This document shows, piece after piece, positions 37,401 to 45,902 of a stretch of DNA of 64,000 nucleotides. The notes under the pieces were generated by a model. The model was not told the DNA's origin, ran no database searches, and worked only from the letters and a program-made list of their open reading frames with translations. Source of the DNA: an uncultured Gammaproteobacteria bacterium (GTDB lineage Bacteria > Patescibacteriota > Patescibacteriia > JAHIZJ01); contig CAZQLY010000003.1 of NCBI GenBank assembly GCA_964594455.1, positions 37,360 to 101,359 of the forward strand. Reading direction: 5' to 3'. Position 1 is the stretch's first letter, and every line of letters begins with the position of its first letter. The position numbers and the translations under genes are program-made.

Positions 37401-38264
37401 TTAAAAATTCAGGGTGTAGGTTAGTGATTCTATCTGTTGAATTTTTCCTGACAGTTCCATGACTGACAGGGTAGAATTAATTACACTAATATCCAGTTTA
37501 CACTTCTGAATAATTTGGTCAACAGTATGCGGTCCAGAGTGCAGAATATCAATGATTATTCTTTCTTCTTTTGTGTCGGGAACAATCTTCTTCTGACTAT
37601 AATCCGTTTTGGATTCTAGGTCAAATAATTCTAGCACATCATCAACGTTGGTTACTATTTTTGCCCCTTGTTTGATCAGGCTGTTTGTACCTATTGAGTT
37701 GACTCGGTTAACATCTCCTGGGATGGCCAGAACTTCGCGATTTTGCTCCAGGGCAAAATAGGCAGTGATCAGAGCTCCGGATTTGCTGGGCGCCTCAATC
37801 ACTAAAGTACCCAAGCTCAAGCCAGATATTATCCTATTTCTAGCTGGGAAATGTTGGCGTAAAGGTGGTGTTCCGGGTTTGTATTCTGAGATTAATGCCC
37901 CACCCGAGTCAATAATATTTTCCGCCAATTTACGATGTCTGGCTGGATAAATCAGGTCTAATCCTGCACCCAAGACAGCCCAGGTACATCCTCCGACATC
38001 CAGAGCGGCCTGATGGGCAATACTATCAATCCCATAAGCTAATCCTGAAACAATAACTACATTTCTACTGGCAACTGATTTAGCCAGGTCAGTAGTTATT
38101 TTGATGCCGTAGGGAGTCGGTTTCCTGGTTCCAACTATTGCTAATAAGTAACGTCCGCGCTTATTTAAGCTTCCCTTGTAGTATAGATTTTTTGGAGGAT
38201 GGTAAATTTCTTTAAGCAAAGAAGGGTAACCTGGTTGATCGAGTGCAATAGATTTTATTGACAT
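37401..38264 (-). CDS. dprA: DNA processing protein DprA (Smf)
   Basis: ..LAIVGTRKPTPYG...VIVSGLAYGIDSIAHQAAL...RNRIISGLS.. 6 nt upstream of topA on the same strand. Confidence 0.8.
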   Translation of the reverse strand: MSIKSIALDQPGYPSLLKEIYHPPKNLYYKGSLNKRGRYLLAIVGTRKPTPYGIKITTDLAKSVASRNVVIVSGLAYGIDSIAHQAALDVGGCTWAVLGAGLDLIYPARHRKLAENIIDSGGALISEYKPGTPPLRQHFPARNRIISGLSLGTLVIEAPSKSGALITAYFALEQNREVLAIPGDVNRVNSIGTNSLIKQGAKIVTNVDDVLELFDLESKTDYSQKKIVPDTKEERIIIDILHSGPHTVDQIIQKCKLDISVINSTLSVMELSGKIQQIESLTYTLNF

Positions 38265-38328
38265 AAAAGCTTAATTGGTTATTAATATAAGAAGAAGTCT
38301 TCGGCAAGTCGTAATTAAGGAGGGGCGC

Positions 38329-38493
38329 ATGTCGGTTCGCGAAAAGGTTCTGATACCCGCGTTTGCGCTGCTGTTGGTTTTTGCCCTTTTTGGCTCAATT
38401 GCTATGCAATTGTTGGTAGCAATACCAGCCAATATTTACATCGGTCTTTGGAGGCTTAGCCTCCGGCTGTCACCCAGCCAGGTTGCCAAATAA
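38329..38493 (+). CDS. small hydrophobic peptide (54 aa) with a strong ribosome-binding site
   Basis: TAAGGAGGGGCGC-ATG. MSVREKVLIPAFALLLVFALFGSIAMQLLVAIPANIYIGLWRL.. Followed by a terminator. Confidence 0.4.
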   Translation: MSVREKVLIPAFALLLVFALFGSIAMQLLVAIPANIYIGLWRLSLRLSPSQVAK

Positions 38494-38505
38494 GGCAACA
38501 CAAAA

Positions 38506-38530
38506 ACGCAGGACTCCCTGCGTTCTTTTT
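38506..38530 (+). terminator. rho-independent terminator
   Basis: ACGCAGG-ACTC-CCTGCG followed by TTCTTTTT. Confidence 0.6.
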
Positions 38531-38569
38531 ATTATAGAATAGATTAATAAATATGACAAATTGAAGATA

Positions 38570-38598
38570 TTGACACAGAGTTTAAATATGTGTAATAT
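38570..38598 (+). promoter_or_regulatory. sigma70 consensus promoter (TTGACA-N17-TAATAT)
   Basis: TTGACAcagagtttaaatatgtgTAATAT, the same hexamers as the promoter at 10465-10493. Confidence 0.6.
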
Positions 38599-38603
38599 CA
38601 CTT

Positions 38604-38622
38604 GAACCAGAGTGGCTGGTTC
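38604..38622 (+). promoter_or_regulatory. perfect 7-bp hairpin (GAACCAG-AGTGG-CTGGTTC) at about +1 to +20 of the transcript
   Basis: It lies immediately downstream of the -10 element and could be an operator or a 5' leader structure. Confidence 0.35.
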
Positions 38623-38695
38623 TGGGCACACGGTAGTACCCAGCCTTGATTGGCAAGAAGCGATTGCATCTAATTCACAGCAGGAGGATAGCCAA

Positions 38696-38992
38696 ATGAG
38701 GCTCCGCAGATCGGAGAGACAGCAGCCCTATGACCGCTACGGGATGGCGGTCGAAGCAGTACGCAGGCTTGTCGCCGCTATTGTGGACGATCCAAAACAG
38801 TTTCCCGTGACTGATCGTCGGGAGGGCGACGACGTCTTCATCCAAATACGTAAAGGACCCGAGGCTCGCGGAGGTCAAATCATTGGCAAGCACGGTCGCA
38901 ACATCGACGCTATTCGTACGTTGGCCAAGGCTATGTTCACCAGCTTGCAGTTGCGCGTCTTCATCGAGCTAGTCGATTTTGACACGCCGTAA
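38696..38992 (+). CDS. KH-domain RNA-binding protein (KhpA/YlqC-like)
   Basis: The ATG at 38696 is preceded by CAGGAGGAtagccaa. ..VRRLVAAIVDDPKQFPVTDRREGDDVFIQIRKGPEARGGQIIGKHGRNIDAIRTLAKAM.. carries the GxxG KH motif. Confidence 0.6.
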   Translation: MRLRRSERQQPYDRYGMAVEAVRRLVAAIVDDPKQFPVTDRREGDDVFIQIRKGPEARGGQIIGKHGRNIDAIRTLAKAMFTSLQLRVFIELVDFDTP

Positions 38993-39141
38993 CATCTCCC
39001 AGCTCATTTCCACCTCTTTTGCTCTTTTGGCTTCTGTCGCAACATCCTGATCTACTCAGGATGTTTTTTCTTGCAAATATTTATAATATGGAATAGGATG
39101 TAAGGCTGAGCAGTTCTTTGGCAAGGGAAGGAGGAGGGGAT

Positions 39142-39636
39142 ATGCAGCGGATCGTAATGACGGTGTGTTATCTGATTTGCTATGGGCGTATCCTCTTGGG
39201 TCTCAAGAAGGTGCGCTTAGGTGAGGGCCTCTACAACGGATTCGGCGGTCGTCAGGAGCCTGGTGAGCCTATCGATGTTACGGCCGAACGGGAGTACTTT
39301 GACGAATCAGGACTCCGGCTCATCGGTTTGAGACGTCTGGGGGTGATGCTGATCACCAGACAGTGGTCTTTCAGTGAGGAAGTCGAACTCCACATCTACC
39401 GGGCTGATGGGTATGAAGGGACGTTGAGGGAGTCAGACGAAATGCGTCCCAAATGGTTCTCTCTGGAAAAGATACCCTATTCGCAGATGTGGGCGAGCGA
39501 CTGGCATTTTCTGCCGATTGTTCTGGAAGACAGGCATTTCATGGGCAAGGTCCATTTGCACGACTTCCATACTATCATTAGCATCGAGCTGGCGGTTGAT
39601 GAGCCAGCATCAGATCAGACAAGCCCTGAGGAGTAA
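39142..39636 (+). CDS. NUDIX hydrolase
   Basis: The Nudix box reads GGRQEPGEPIDVTAEREYFDESGL. The start at 39142 is preceded by GGAAGGAGGAGGGG. Confidence 0.6.
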   Translation: MQRIVMTVCYLICYGRILLGLKKVRLGEGLYNGFGGRQEPGEPIDVTAEREYFDESGLRLIGLRRLGVMLITRQWSFSEEVELHIYRADGYEGTLRESDEMRPKWFSLEKIPYSQMWASDWHFLPIVLEDRHFMGKVHLHDFHTIISIELAVDEPASDQTSPEE

Positions 39637-39741
39637 TCCGAGGGCTTTTTTAATAAAAAATTTACAGACTAGTGCTGATATGCTAATCTGTGTTTTGTTG
39701 GCGCATAAACTTGTTCGTTTCTAAAATAAGGGAGGTGAACC

Positions 39742-40227
39742 ATGATGACAGAAGTAATCGAGCTGACCAGACAAGAGATGGACGTTCTTGGGAGAATGAA
39801 TAGACTGCTTATTAGGCGGCGAATCGCTGGGGCAGTTGTAGGAGGAGTGGTATTCATTGCGCTGATTCTGGCTTGTCTTTCGGCAAATCTTTTTGATGGT
39901 GCTTGTAAGTACAGTGACTTGATCATGTTTACCTTGATCGTCCTTTGTATCCTCCTGTCTATGACTATTTACTTCACTGTCAAAAAGATTAGAGGAAGAG
40001 GACGGCTGAACCAGAAAATCAAAACCCTGTCTGAGGACCCAGATTTTGTCGAAGCTCTACGAAGAGCTGACAGGATAATCCAGGCAAACAACCAGCTCTT
40101 GGCTTTCAGTGGCTTATTCACATTTGACCACGCGGGTGCAAGACTGACTGACCAACCCAGGGGGTGGTTAATTGATGTTGTAATCAAGCGGGTTCAGTTG
40201 ATCCAAAAACAAGTCCGTGGGGTGTAG
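39742..40227 (+). CDS. hypothetical membrane protein (2 TM helices)
   Basis: 161 aa. AAGGGAGGTG ribosome-binding site. TM helices ..IAGAVVGGVVFIALILACL.. and ..LIMFTLIVLCILLSMTIYF.. Confidence 0.4.
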   Translation: MMTEVIELTRQEMDVLGRMNRLLIRRRIAGAVVGGVVFIALILACLSANLFDGACKYSDLIMFTLIVLCILLSMTIYFTVKKIRGRGRLNQKIKTLSEDPDFVEALRRADRIIQANNQLLAFSGLFTFDHAGARLTDQPRGWLIDVVIKRVQLIQKQVRGV

Positions 40228-40246
40228 TAAAATACTACGGGCTTTT

Positions 40247-43200
40247 TTATTTCTGAAAAAGCTTAACTACTTTTTCGATTTCAATCATCCACTTTTTGGA
40301 TAAGTTTTCGAAATCAATCTTTATCTGATTTTCACCCAGCACCCAATTAGCATTTAGATCCAGCAATTTTTTAATTTGATCAGGCGTATATTGTTCTAAG
40401 AATTTTATCACCAGGCGGGGCTTTACTATACCGCCCTCAGTAACATGAATCGTGTCAATACTTTCGATCGAAGTTTTTTGAGCTGATAGCCGGAGCTGGA
40501 GTAAGCGATAGAGGTTTTTTATGTTAGTGGGACAGGCGCCATACTGTTTTTCTATAGCTTGATAACGATCACGCAACTCTTCGTTATCAGTGGCGTCTGA
40601 CAGATCACGATACACTTTTAGCCGTTGATTTTCTAATCCAATGTAATCGTGCGGTATGGTTATTGGCAGAGGCAGATCGATCGAAATATCCCTGATTTGG
40701 ACCGCTGCTTTTCCAGTCTTTATTTCTTCAACTGCCTGGCTGAGTAGCTTGGAGTAAAGGCTTAATCCGATAGCATTGACCCGGCCGTGCTGTTCCCGGC
40801 CCAGGATATTGCCCACACCGCGAATTTCCAAATCCCGTAAAGCCAGTTGGAATCCGGACCCAAGTTCTCTGGCTTCGAGTATGGCCTGTAATCTTTTCTT
40901 GGCTTCGCCGGTTAGTTTTTTCTGAGGATATAGGAAATAGGCATAAGCCTGTCTGTCGCCTCGACCGATTCGGCCTCGGAGCTGATAAAGCTGTGCTAGC
41001 CCGAAACGAGTAGCATCTTCGACAATTAGCGTATTAACATTTGGGAGATCAAGGCCGTTTTCAATAATAGTAGTTGAAACCAACACATTGATTTTCTGAT
41101 TGTCAAAATTTGACATAGTCTTAGCCAGTTGGTCCTCGGGCAACTGCCCATGAATGATTCCTATTTTACCTTTGGGTATAAGTTTTTTGAGCTGGTTAGC
41201 CTTGGTGTTTATTGTTTCAACTCGGTTGTAAAGAAAATATACTTGTCCGCCCCGTGATAATTCCAATTCAATCGCCTGCTTCATCAAAGTATCGCTGTGC
41301 GGCTTAATGATTGTTTCTATTGGCTGACGACCCTCGGGGGCAGTTCTAATTACAGTCATGTCGCGTAGTGAAGACAGGGAAAAGTTTAATGTTCGGGGGA
41401 TTGGTGTAGCAGTCAGAGTAAGCACGTGGGCATTTACCCTTAGCGATTTCAATTTTTCTTTATGTTGGACACCGAAGCGCTGCTCCTCGTCGATTATTAT
41501 CAAGCCCAATTTTTTAAACTTAACGTCAGGCGAGAGTAAGCGATGAGTGCCGATAATAATGTCTGTTTCACCGGTTTTTAATTTTGCCACGCTTTCGCTC
41601 TGCTGGCTGCGAGTTTTAAACCGGCTCAGCGAATCTATTGTGACTGGGAATTTTTTCAAACGGTTGGCAAAGGTATCATAATGCTGCTGGGCCAATATGG
41701 TGGTGGGCGCCAAAATCGCCACTTGTTTTTTGTTGGCCACTGTTTTTAATGCCGCCCTAATTGCTACTTCGGTTTTGCCAAACCCGACATCGCCGCAGAT
41801 CAATCGATCCATCGGTTCATCCCCCTCCAAGTCGTTTTCAACTTCACGAATGGCCTTGACCTGATCAGGTGTCTCCTCATAAGCAAAACTTTTGGCTAGC
41901 TCACGCTCCATTGGTGTGATCGATTTAAAGGGTTCGATTTTGGCAGTTTCACGTTTAGCGTATAACTTTACTAGCCCTTCTGCCATCTTTCTGGCTTCGG
42001 CTTTTATTTTTTTGGTAATCCGGCGCCAGGTGGTGTTTGATAAACGATGAACTTTGGGAGCGACTGAGCCAATGTATTTATCTATCTTATAGGCTACTTC
42101 CACTGGAACGGATAGTTTATCACCTTCAGCATATTCTAACTTTAAATACTCTTTTTCAATTCCGTCGACGGTGTTGTGGGCTAAGCCGCGGAAGCGTCCG
42201 ATCCCATGATCGACATGAACGACCAGATCGCCCGGCTTCAATTCTGCGATGAAGCTGAGGTCGAGACGCTTCTTTTTCTGAGGGGGTAATTTTTCTCGAC
42301 GGCCGAATATTTCAAGTTCTGTTAGAAAGACAGTTTTATGTTTTGGCCAATGAAAGCCCTCTGGTTTACTGAGCTGACTCCCGTTAGCCAGAAATTTTAT
42401 TGGTAATGGTGAACCGGGGGAGTTATTTGACCAGAGATCCGTTATTTCTTGTTTGAGATAATCGGGGCTATAAAGCGAGTAGCCTTTTGTGTGCCAACTC
42501 TTCAAATCTTTGATTAACTTGCCGAAGTTTTTATGGTACAGCGGAGCGCTGGTTATTTCAAAGACGTTATTGGCGTCGGGATGGGGCAGGGGGTGAAATA
42601 CGATTTGGGGGCGTTTCTTAATTATCTGAGCGATATTTTCCCAATGATGAGAGACGTTTGGTATTTCATCAGGATCAGAATAGATGAATGCTCCGCCATT
42701 GCTTTTTAATTCTCTTAGATATTCCAACCAGCGGCCAGAGGACTCTAAGTGGCTGAGCTGGTTAGGAATAATTGTAAATTCTGACAACTTTTGTGTTTTT
42801 TTGCCGGACGATTGGCGGTAACTCGATATGCTTTCCAGCTGAGATTGTCCAAACTCAAATCTGATCGGATCTGGTGTATTAGCTGGAAACACATCTACAA
42901 TATTTCCTCGGCGAGAAAAAACACCCACTGCGTCAGCTGAAGTGTTAAAATCATATCCTAGTGAAACCAATTGTTGTGACAACTCGGCTGGAGTTAATTT
43001 TAGGTCAGGTTTGGTATAAAAGCTATGTTCTCGATATTGGTCCGGTGCTACAAATGAAAGATCCAGTTGATCAAAAGGTAATAATATCAAACAAGGCTTA
43101 TTTTCCAGGATGCTCCATAATATTACAGCTAGTTGATCTTCGTTTGGTACATATATGGGATAATCATGGTTTTTACTGTTCCAAAGTGAGAACAATGAAG

Positions 43201-43369
43201 CAATTCTCTCAGCCTCTCCTTGGTTTTCGACAAACCAAAAAGTGACCTCATTTCTAATATTCGGGGAGGAAATGTTTGATAACAAATAAGTTTTGGCAAC
43301 ATCTGAAGGCGCGCCGGAGATGCCATAGGCACCCAGCGTGTTGGGCTTCAGCTCAATAGGTGATTTCAT
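40247..43369 (-). CDS. mfd: transcription-repair coupling factor Mfd
   Basis: 1040 aa. CarD/TRCF-RID region ..LKPGDLVVHVDHGIGRF.., superfamily-2 helicase motifs (GDVGFGKTEVA, DEEQRFGV) and a C-terminal TRCF domain. Confidence 0.85.
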   Translation of the reverse strand: MKSPIELKPNTLGAYGISGAPSDVAKTYLLSNISSPNIRNEVTFWFVENQGEAERIASLFSLWNSKNHDYPIYVPNEDQLAVILWSILENKPCLILLPFDQLDLSFVAPDQYREHSFYTKPDLKLTPAELSQQLVSLGYDFNTSADAVGVFSRRGNIVDVFPANTPDPIRFEFGQSQLESISSYRQSSGKKTQKLSEFTIIPNQLSHLESSGRWLEYLRELKSNGGAFIYSDPDEIPNVSHHWENIAQIIKKRPQIVFHPLPHPDANNVFEITSAPLYHKNFGKLIKDLKSWHTKGYSLYSPDYLKQEITDLWSNNSPGSPLPIKFLANGSQLSKPEGFHWPKHKTVFLTELEIFGRREKLPPQKKKRLDLSFIAELKPGDLVVHVDHGIGRFRGLAHNTVDGIEKEYLKLEYAEGDKLSVPVEVAYKIDKYIGSVAPKVHRLSNTTWRRITKKIKAEARKMAEGLVKLYAKRETAKIEPFKSITPMERELAKSFAYEETPDQVKAIREVENDLEGDEPMDRLICGDVGFGKTEVAIRAALKTVANKKQVAILAPTTILAQQHYDTFANRLKKFPVTIDSLSRFKTRSQQSESVAKLKTGETDIIIGTHRLLSPDVKFKKLGLIIIDEEQRFGVQHKEKLKSLRVNAHVLTLTATPIPRTLNFSLSSLRDMTVIRTAPEGRQPIETIIKPHSDTLMKQAIELELSRGGQVYFLYNRVETINTKANQLKKLIPKGKIGIIHGQLPEDQLAKTMSNFDNQKINVLVSTTIIENGLDLPNVNTLIVEDATRFGLAQLYQLRGRIGRGDRQAYAYFLYPQKKLTGEAKKRLQAILEARELGSGFQLALRDLEIRGVGNILGREQHGRVNAIGLSLYSKLLSQAVEEIKTGKAAVQIRDISIDLPLPITIPHDYIGLENQRLKVYRDLSDATDNEELRDRYQAIEKQYGACPTNIKNLYRLLQLRLSAQKTSIESIDTIHVTEGGIVKPRLVIKFLEQYTPDQIKKLLDLNANWVLGENQIKIDFENLSKKWMIEIEKVVKLFQK

Positions 43370-43456
43370 TGTTCTGTATTAAGTATATCATTGATGCGAA
43401 AAGATATCAAGATTTTGCTAAAAATAGCCATATTCTGAAGTAAAATTGGCTAACCA

Positions 43457-43484
43457 TTGACAAATTAATCCTTTGTGCTAAGAT
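43457..43484 (+). promoter_or_regulatory. sigma70-type promoter (TTGACA-N16-TAAGAT)
   Basis: TTGACAaattaatcctttgtgcTAAGAT. It faces the small-ORF and tRNA region downstream. Confidence 0.35.
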
Positions 43485-43605
43485 GCAACATCGATTATTT
43501 GGGGATACCCTGGTATTCGAGATATCATGGCCTTTGGATTACTACCAACGAGCGGTGAACGATGTAGCAACCCCTCCTAGCTACAACAAGTAGCCTCAAG
43601 ATAAG

Positions 43606-43887
43606 GTGAATTCGTTTATCGAGTACATCCTTGCGCTTGTTGGTAGTGACCTGGGGGTCATTTTTGTTTTGTGGATAAGGCTCTTTACAGAACTAATTAT
43701 TTTCGATATAGTCTCGTTTGTGACTTTGGCAGAGGCAATACCCATTTTCATTAATGGGGCCTGTGAGCTTCCGATGAATTTGGGTCTCTGCCTCAAAGTT
43801 GGTTGCGTTCTTTTTTCATATAGATGTTCGCTTGGATACTTCTCCCCACAACGCCGAACTAAGGAGAAGATAAATGGGACAGTATGA
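43606..43887 (+). CDS. possible small hydrophobic protein (93 aa); coding status uncertain
   Basis: The GTG-initiated ORF is hydrophobic (..ILALVGSDLGVIFVLWIRLFTELIIFDIVSFVTLAEAIPIF..) and no clear Shine-Dalgarno sequence was seen. A 119-aa antisense ORF overlaps it. Confidence 0.2.
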   Translation: MNSFIEYILALVGSDLGVIFVLWIRLFTELIIFDIVSFVTLAEAIPIFINGACELPMNLGLCLKVGCVLFSYRCSLGYFSPQRRTKEKINGTV

Positions 43888-44001
43888 TGAAGACGATGCT
43901 GAGTTCCTGAATTGGGATCCCAGCGCTGTCTCAGAGGAAGCGAAACCCCTGGCACGTTCTACGTTGCCGAAGCCCCCGAATCTAAACCATTTGTCAAAAT
44001 A

Positions 44002-44166
44002 GGAGACCGGGTCGTTTTTGGTTAGCAGGTTGGCGTGATCGATTGTATGAAGTCTATGAACGCGGTCGAGTCAAACTGCTCGGGCGTGGTGACCGAACAG
44101 CTGGTCGAGGACAGTGATGTTGTGGAACAGGGCCAAGTGCTTTTCCGTCTGCAACCCGATGTTTGA
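44002..44166 (+). pseudogene. remnant of a biotinyl/lipoyl-attachment (BCCP-like) domain interrupted by an in-frame stop
   Basis: GDRVVFG*QVGVIDCMKSMNAVESNCSGVVTEQLVEDSDVVEQGQVLFRLQPDV matches the ..EAMKMMN..G.V..I.V..G..V..GQ.L..I pattern. It is only ~55 codons with a TAG after codon 7 and has no upstream carboxylase. GC-rich. Confidence 0.3.
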
Positions 44167-44167
44167 T

Positions 44168-44352
44168 GCGGCTGTAGCTCAGTCAGGTTAGAGCCCTTGG
44201 TACAAGTCCAGCCAGAAACAGTGGCCTGTTTGTCCTTGCAAGAGAGTGGGCTGCTACCTAACCCGGATTATGGATTAGGGCAGGTAAGGCATTAACTTGC
44301 CTGTTGGCTGGGTACGACAAGGAGATCGAGGGTTCAAATCCCTTCGGCCGCA
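44168..44352 (+). tRNA. tRNA-like gene interrupted by a ~104-nt structured insertion (candidate intron-containing tRNA or disrupted tRNA); anticodon unresolved
   Basis: The 5' part reads GCGGCTG-TA-GCTC-AGTCAGGTTA-GAGC-C-CTTGG.. and the 3' part reads ..GAGGG-TTCAAAT-CCCTT-CGGCCGC-A. The acceptor stems pair 7/7 (one G-U). The insertion at 44208-44311 begins CCAGCC and ends GGCTGG. Confidence 0.4.
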
Positions 44353-44361
44353 CATGGTTTA

Positions 44362-44434
44362 GGCTGGATAGAACAGGTGGTAGCTCGCTGGGCTCATAAC
44401 CCAGAGGTCATGGGTTCGAATCCCGTTCCCGCCA
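44362..44434 (+). tRNA. tRNA with CAT anticodon (third CAT tRNA); CCA not encoded; one acceptor and one D-stem mismatch
   Basis: GGCTGGA-TA-GAAC-AGGTGGTA-GCTC-G-CTGGG-CTCATAA-CCCAG-AGGTC-ATGGG-TTCGAAT-CCCGT-TCCCGCC-A. Mismatches at 4:69 (T:C) and 12:23 (A:C) mean it could be a functional Met/Ile2 tRNA or a decaying copy. Confidence 0.5.
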
Positions 44435-44598
44435 CAACCTTTCCTGCGCGGTTACCCCCACGCAGGGCCAAGGGCGGTGAACAGTTTCATTGGAAACTAG
44501 TTCTCCGCCCTCTTTTTATGCCTTGACAAAAAAATGTTTTTTTGTATAAAGTTACTTGTTGTATAAACGGTTGTTGTCCTAGCAAAAGGAGGTGTGGC

Positions 44599-45252
44599 GT
44601 GTCAGCTAGAAGATTGGTAAAAGGCAGGCTTCTCTTTGTTCCTCCTCGGGAGCAGGTCAGATTGCTCCGCCAGTGGAACAGCGAGTATGATCTGAGTATT
44701 CCGGAAGAATGGTTTGCTAGCCTGGGTAAACCTCCCCGGCACCCCGACCGCCCACTCTGTACGGTAGTTCTGGATGTGGGCTTGAGGACCATGTGGGAGA
44801 CCTTGATTAGGGCTTGGCAGATCGCTGCGGCTCAGCAAGACTATGCCTGGCGGGACTCGGACCTGATTCGGATGTGTACGGTGCGCATGGGTCCCAAGAT
44901 AAATCACCTGCCGGGTTTGCGCTGGCGAATCGTCAACTTAGGTGCCAATTGGTTTCCTGACGATTCCGGAAACTATTATGCTCCGAACAGTCTCCAATGC
45001 CCGCAAGATGGTCCAGACGCTGCGTTACTATGGGCAGCAGCCTATTTCCCGAAGTGGATCCAGCGCATGGACGGAAGGGAAGTTCCCTTTGTCTGGATAC
45101 CTGGATATCGCGTACAGGAAACCGGTGATGATTCGTCATGGTGTTACATCCCACGACTCTATTTCTATCAGGCCGATGACGGTATCTGCTTGGATGCTGA
45201 TCATCAAGAGAATAGTGGTCCCAAGTGGGCGGTGCCGGAGCTCATTGACTAA
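44599..45252 (+). CDS. hypothetical protein (GC-rich, Trp-rich)
   Basis: The probable start is the GTG at 44599, preceded by AAAGGAGGTG. A weak hairpin plus T-run at ~45278-45310 follows. Confidence 0.4.
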   Translation: MSARRLVKGRLLFVPPREQVRLLRQWNSEYDLSIPEEWFASLGKPPRHPDRPLCTVVLDVGLRTMWETLIRAWQIAAAQQDYAWRDSDLIRMCTVRMGPKINHLPGLRWRIVNLGANWFPDDSGNYYAPNSLQCPQDGPDAALLWAAAYFPKWIQRMDGREVPFVWIPGYRVQETGDDSSWCYIPRLYFYQADDGICLDADHQENSGPKWAVPELID

Positions 45253-45317
45253 GCGGTTTTTTCGCTCAGTACCAAAAGGACCGACTCTGAATGTTCGGCC
45301 CTTTTTTATTTGTAGTG

Positions 45318-45902
45318 TTAGTTGTATTGATTCATTGATTCAGCCAGGCTTTTTTTGATAGCCAGCAGTATTGCTTCTACTGTTTCGTCGACGATTCCTT
45401 TTAATATCTTTTTTTGATCAGGTGAGAAACCCCGGAGTACAAACCTGGCAGTGGTTTGTTTGTGATAACGAGCTTTGGCTGATTCTTCCTCTGATGGCTT
45501 TATTCCGACGCGAAAACGTGGGAACTTCTGAGTTCCTAAGCATTTGATCACTGAAGTAGCGCCTTTGTGCCCGGCTGCAGATCCGTAAGGTTTGATTTTT
45601 ATGTAGCCAAATTCTATATCAACATCGTCGTATACCAACCAAATATTCTCAGGCTTTATTTGGTAAAATTGAGCTATATTATTTATAGGAAAACCCGACA
45701 GGTTCATATAGGTGGTTGGCTTGGCCAGAATTATATCGGTGCGACCGACTCTAGTTTTAACAATCTCGGCTTTGAGTTTAGTTTTATTGCCAAATTTTAC
45801 TTTTAACTCTTTAGCCAAAGCATCAAGTACCATAAAACCAATGTTATGACGAGTGGTAGCGTATTTTTTCCCTGGATTACCTAGTCCGGCGATCAATATC
45901 AT
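45318..45902 (-). CDS. pth: peptidyl-tRNA hydrolase
   Basis: MILIAGLGNPGKKYATTRHNIGFMVLDAL.. canonical Pth N-terminus. Confidence 0.8.
   Translation of the reverse strand: MILIAGLGNPGKKYATTRHNIGFMVLDALAKELKVKFGNKTKLKAEIVKTRVGRTDIILAKPTTYMNLSGFPINNIAQFYQIKPENIWLVYDDVDIEFGYIKIKPYGSAAGHKGATSVIKCLGTQKFPRFRVGIKPSEEESAKARYHKQTTARFVLRGFSPDQKKILKGIVDETVEAILLAIKKSLAESMNQYN

Noticed and set aside
38612-38695. GTG-initiated N-terminal extension of the KH-domain ORF (start at 38612)
   Set aside because: It would begin inside the +1 hairpin only ~7 nt after the predicted transcription start. The ATG at 38696 has a textbook CAGGAGGA ribosome-binding site and the KH domain begins right after it.
43501-43560. 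GGGGATACCCTGGTATTCGAGATATC resembles the 5' end of tmRNA (GGGG..UGG..UUCGA) and lies downstream of a consensus promoter
   Set aside because: No matching tRNA-like 3' end (T-arm GGTTCGAnTCC plus an acceptor complementary to GGGGATA) is present within 400 nt. The only in-frame peptide (..AVNDVATPPSYNK*) does not end in a typical degradation-tag terminus (ALAA/LAA-like). Probably coincidental.
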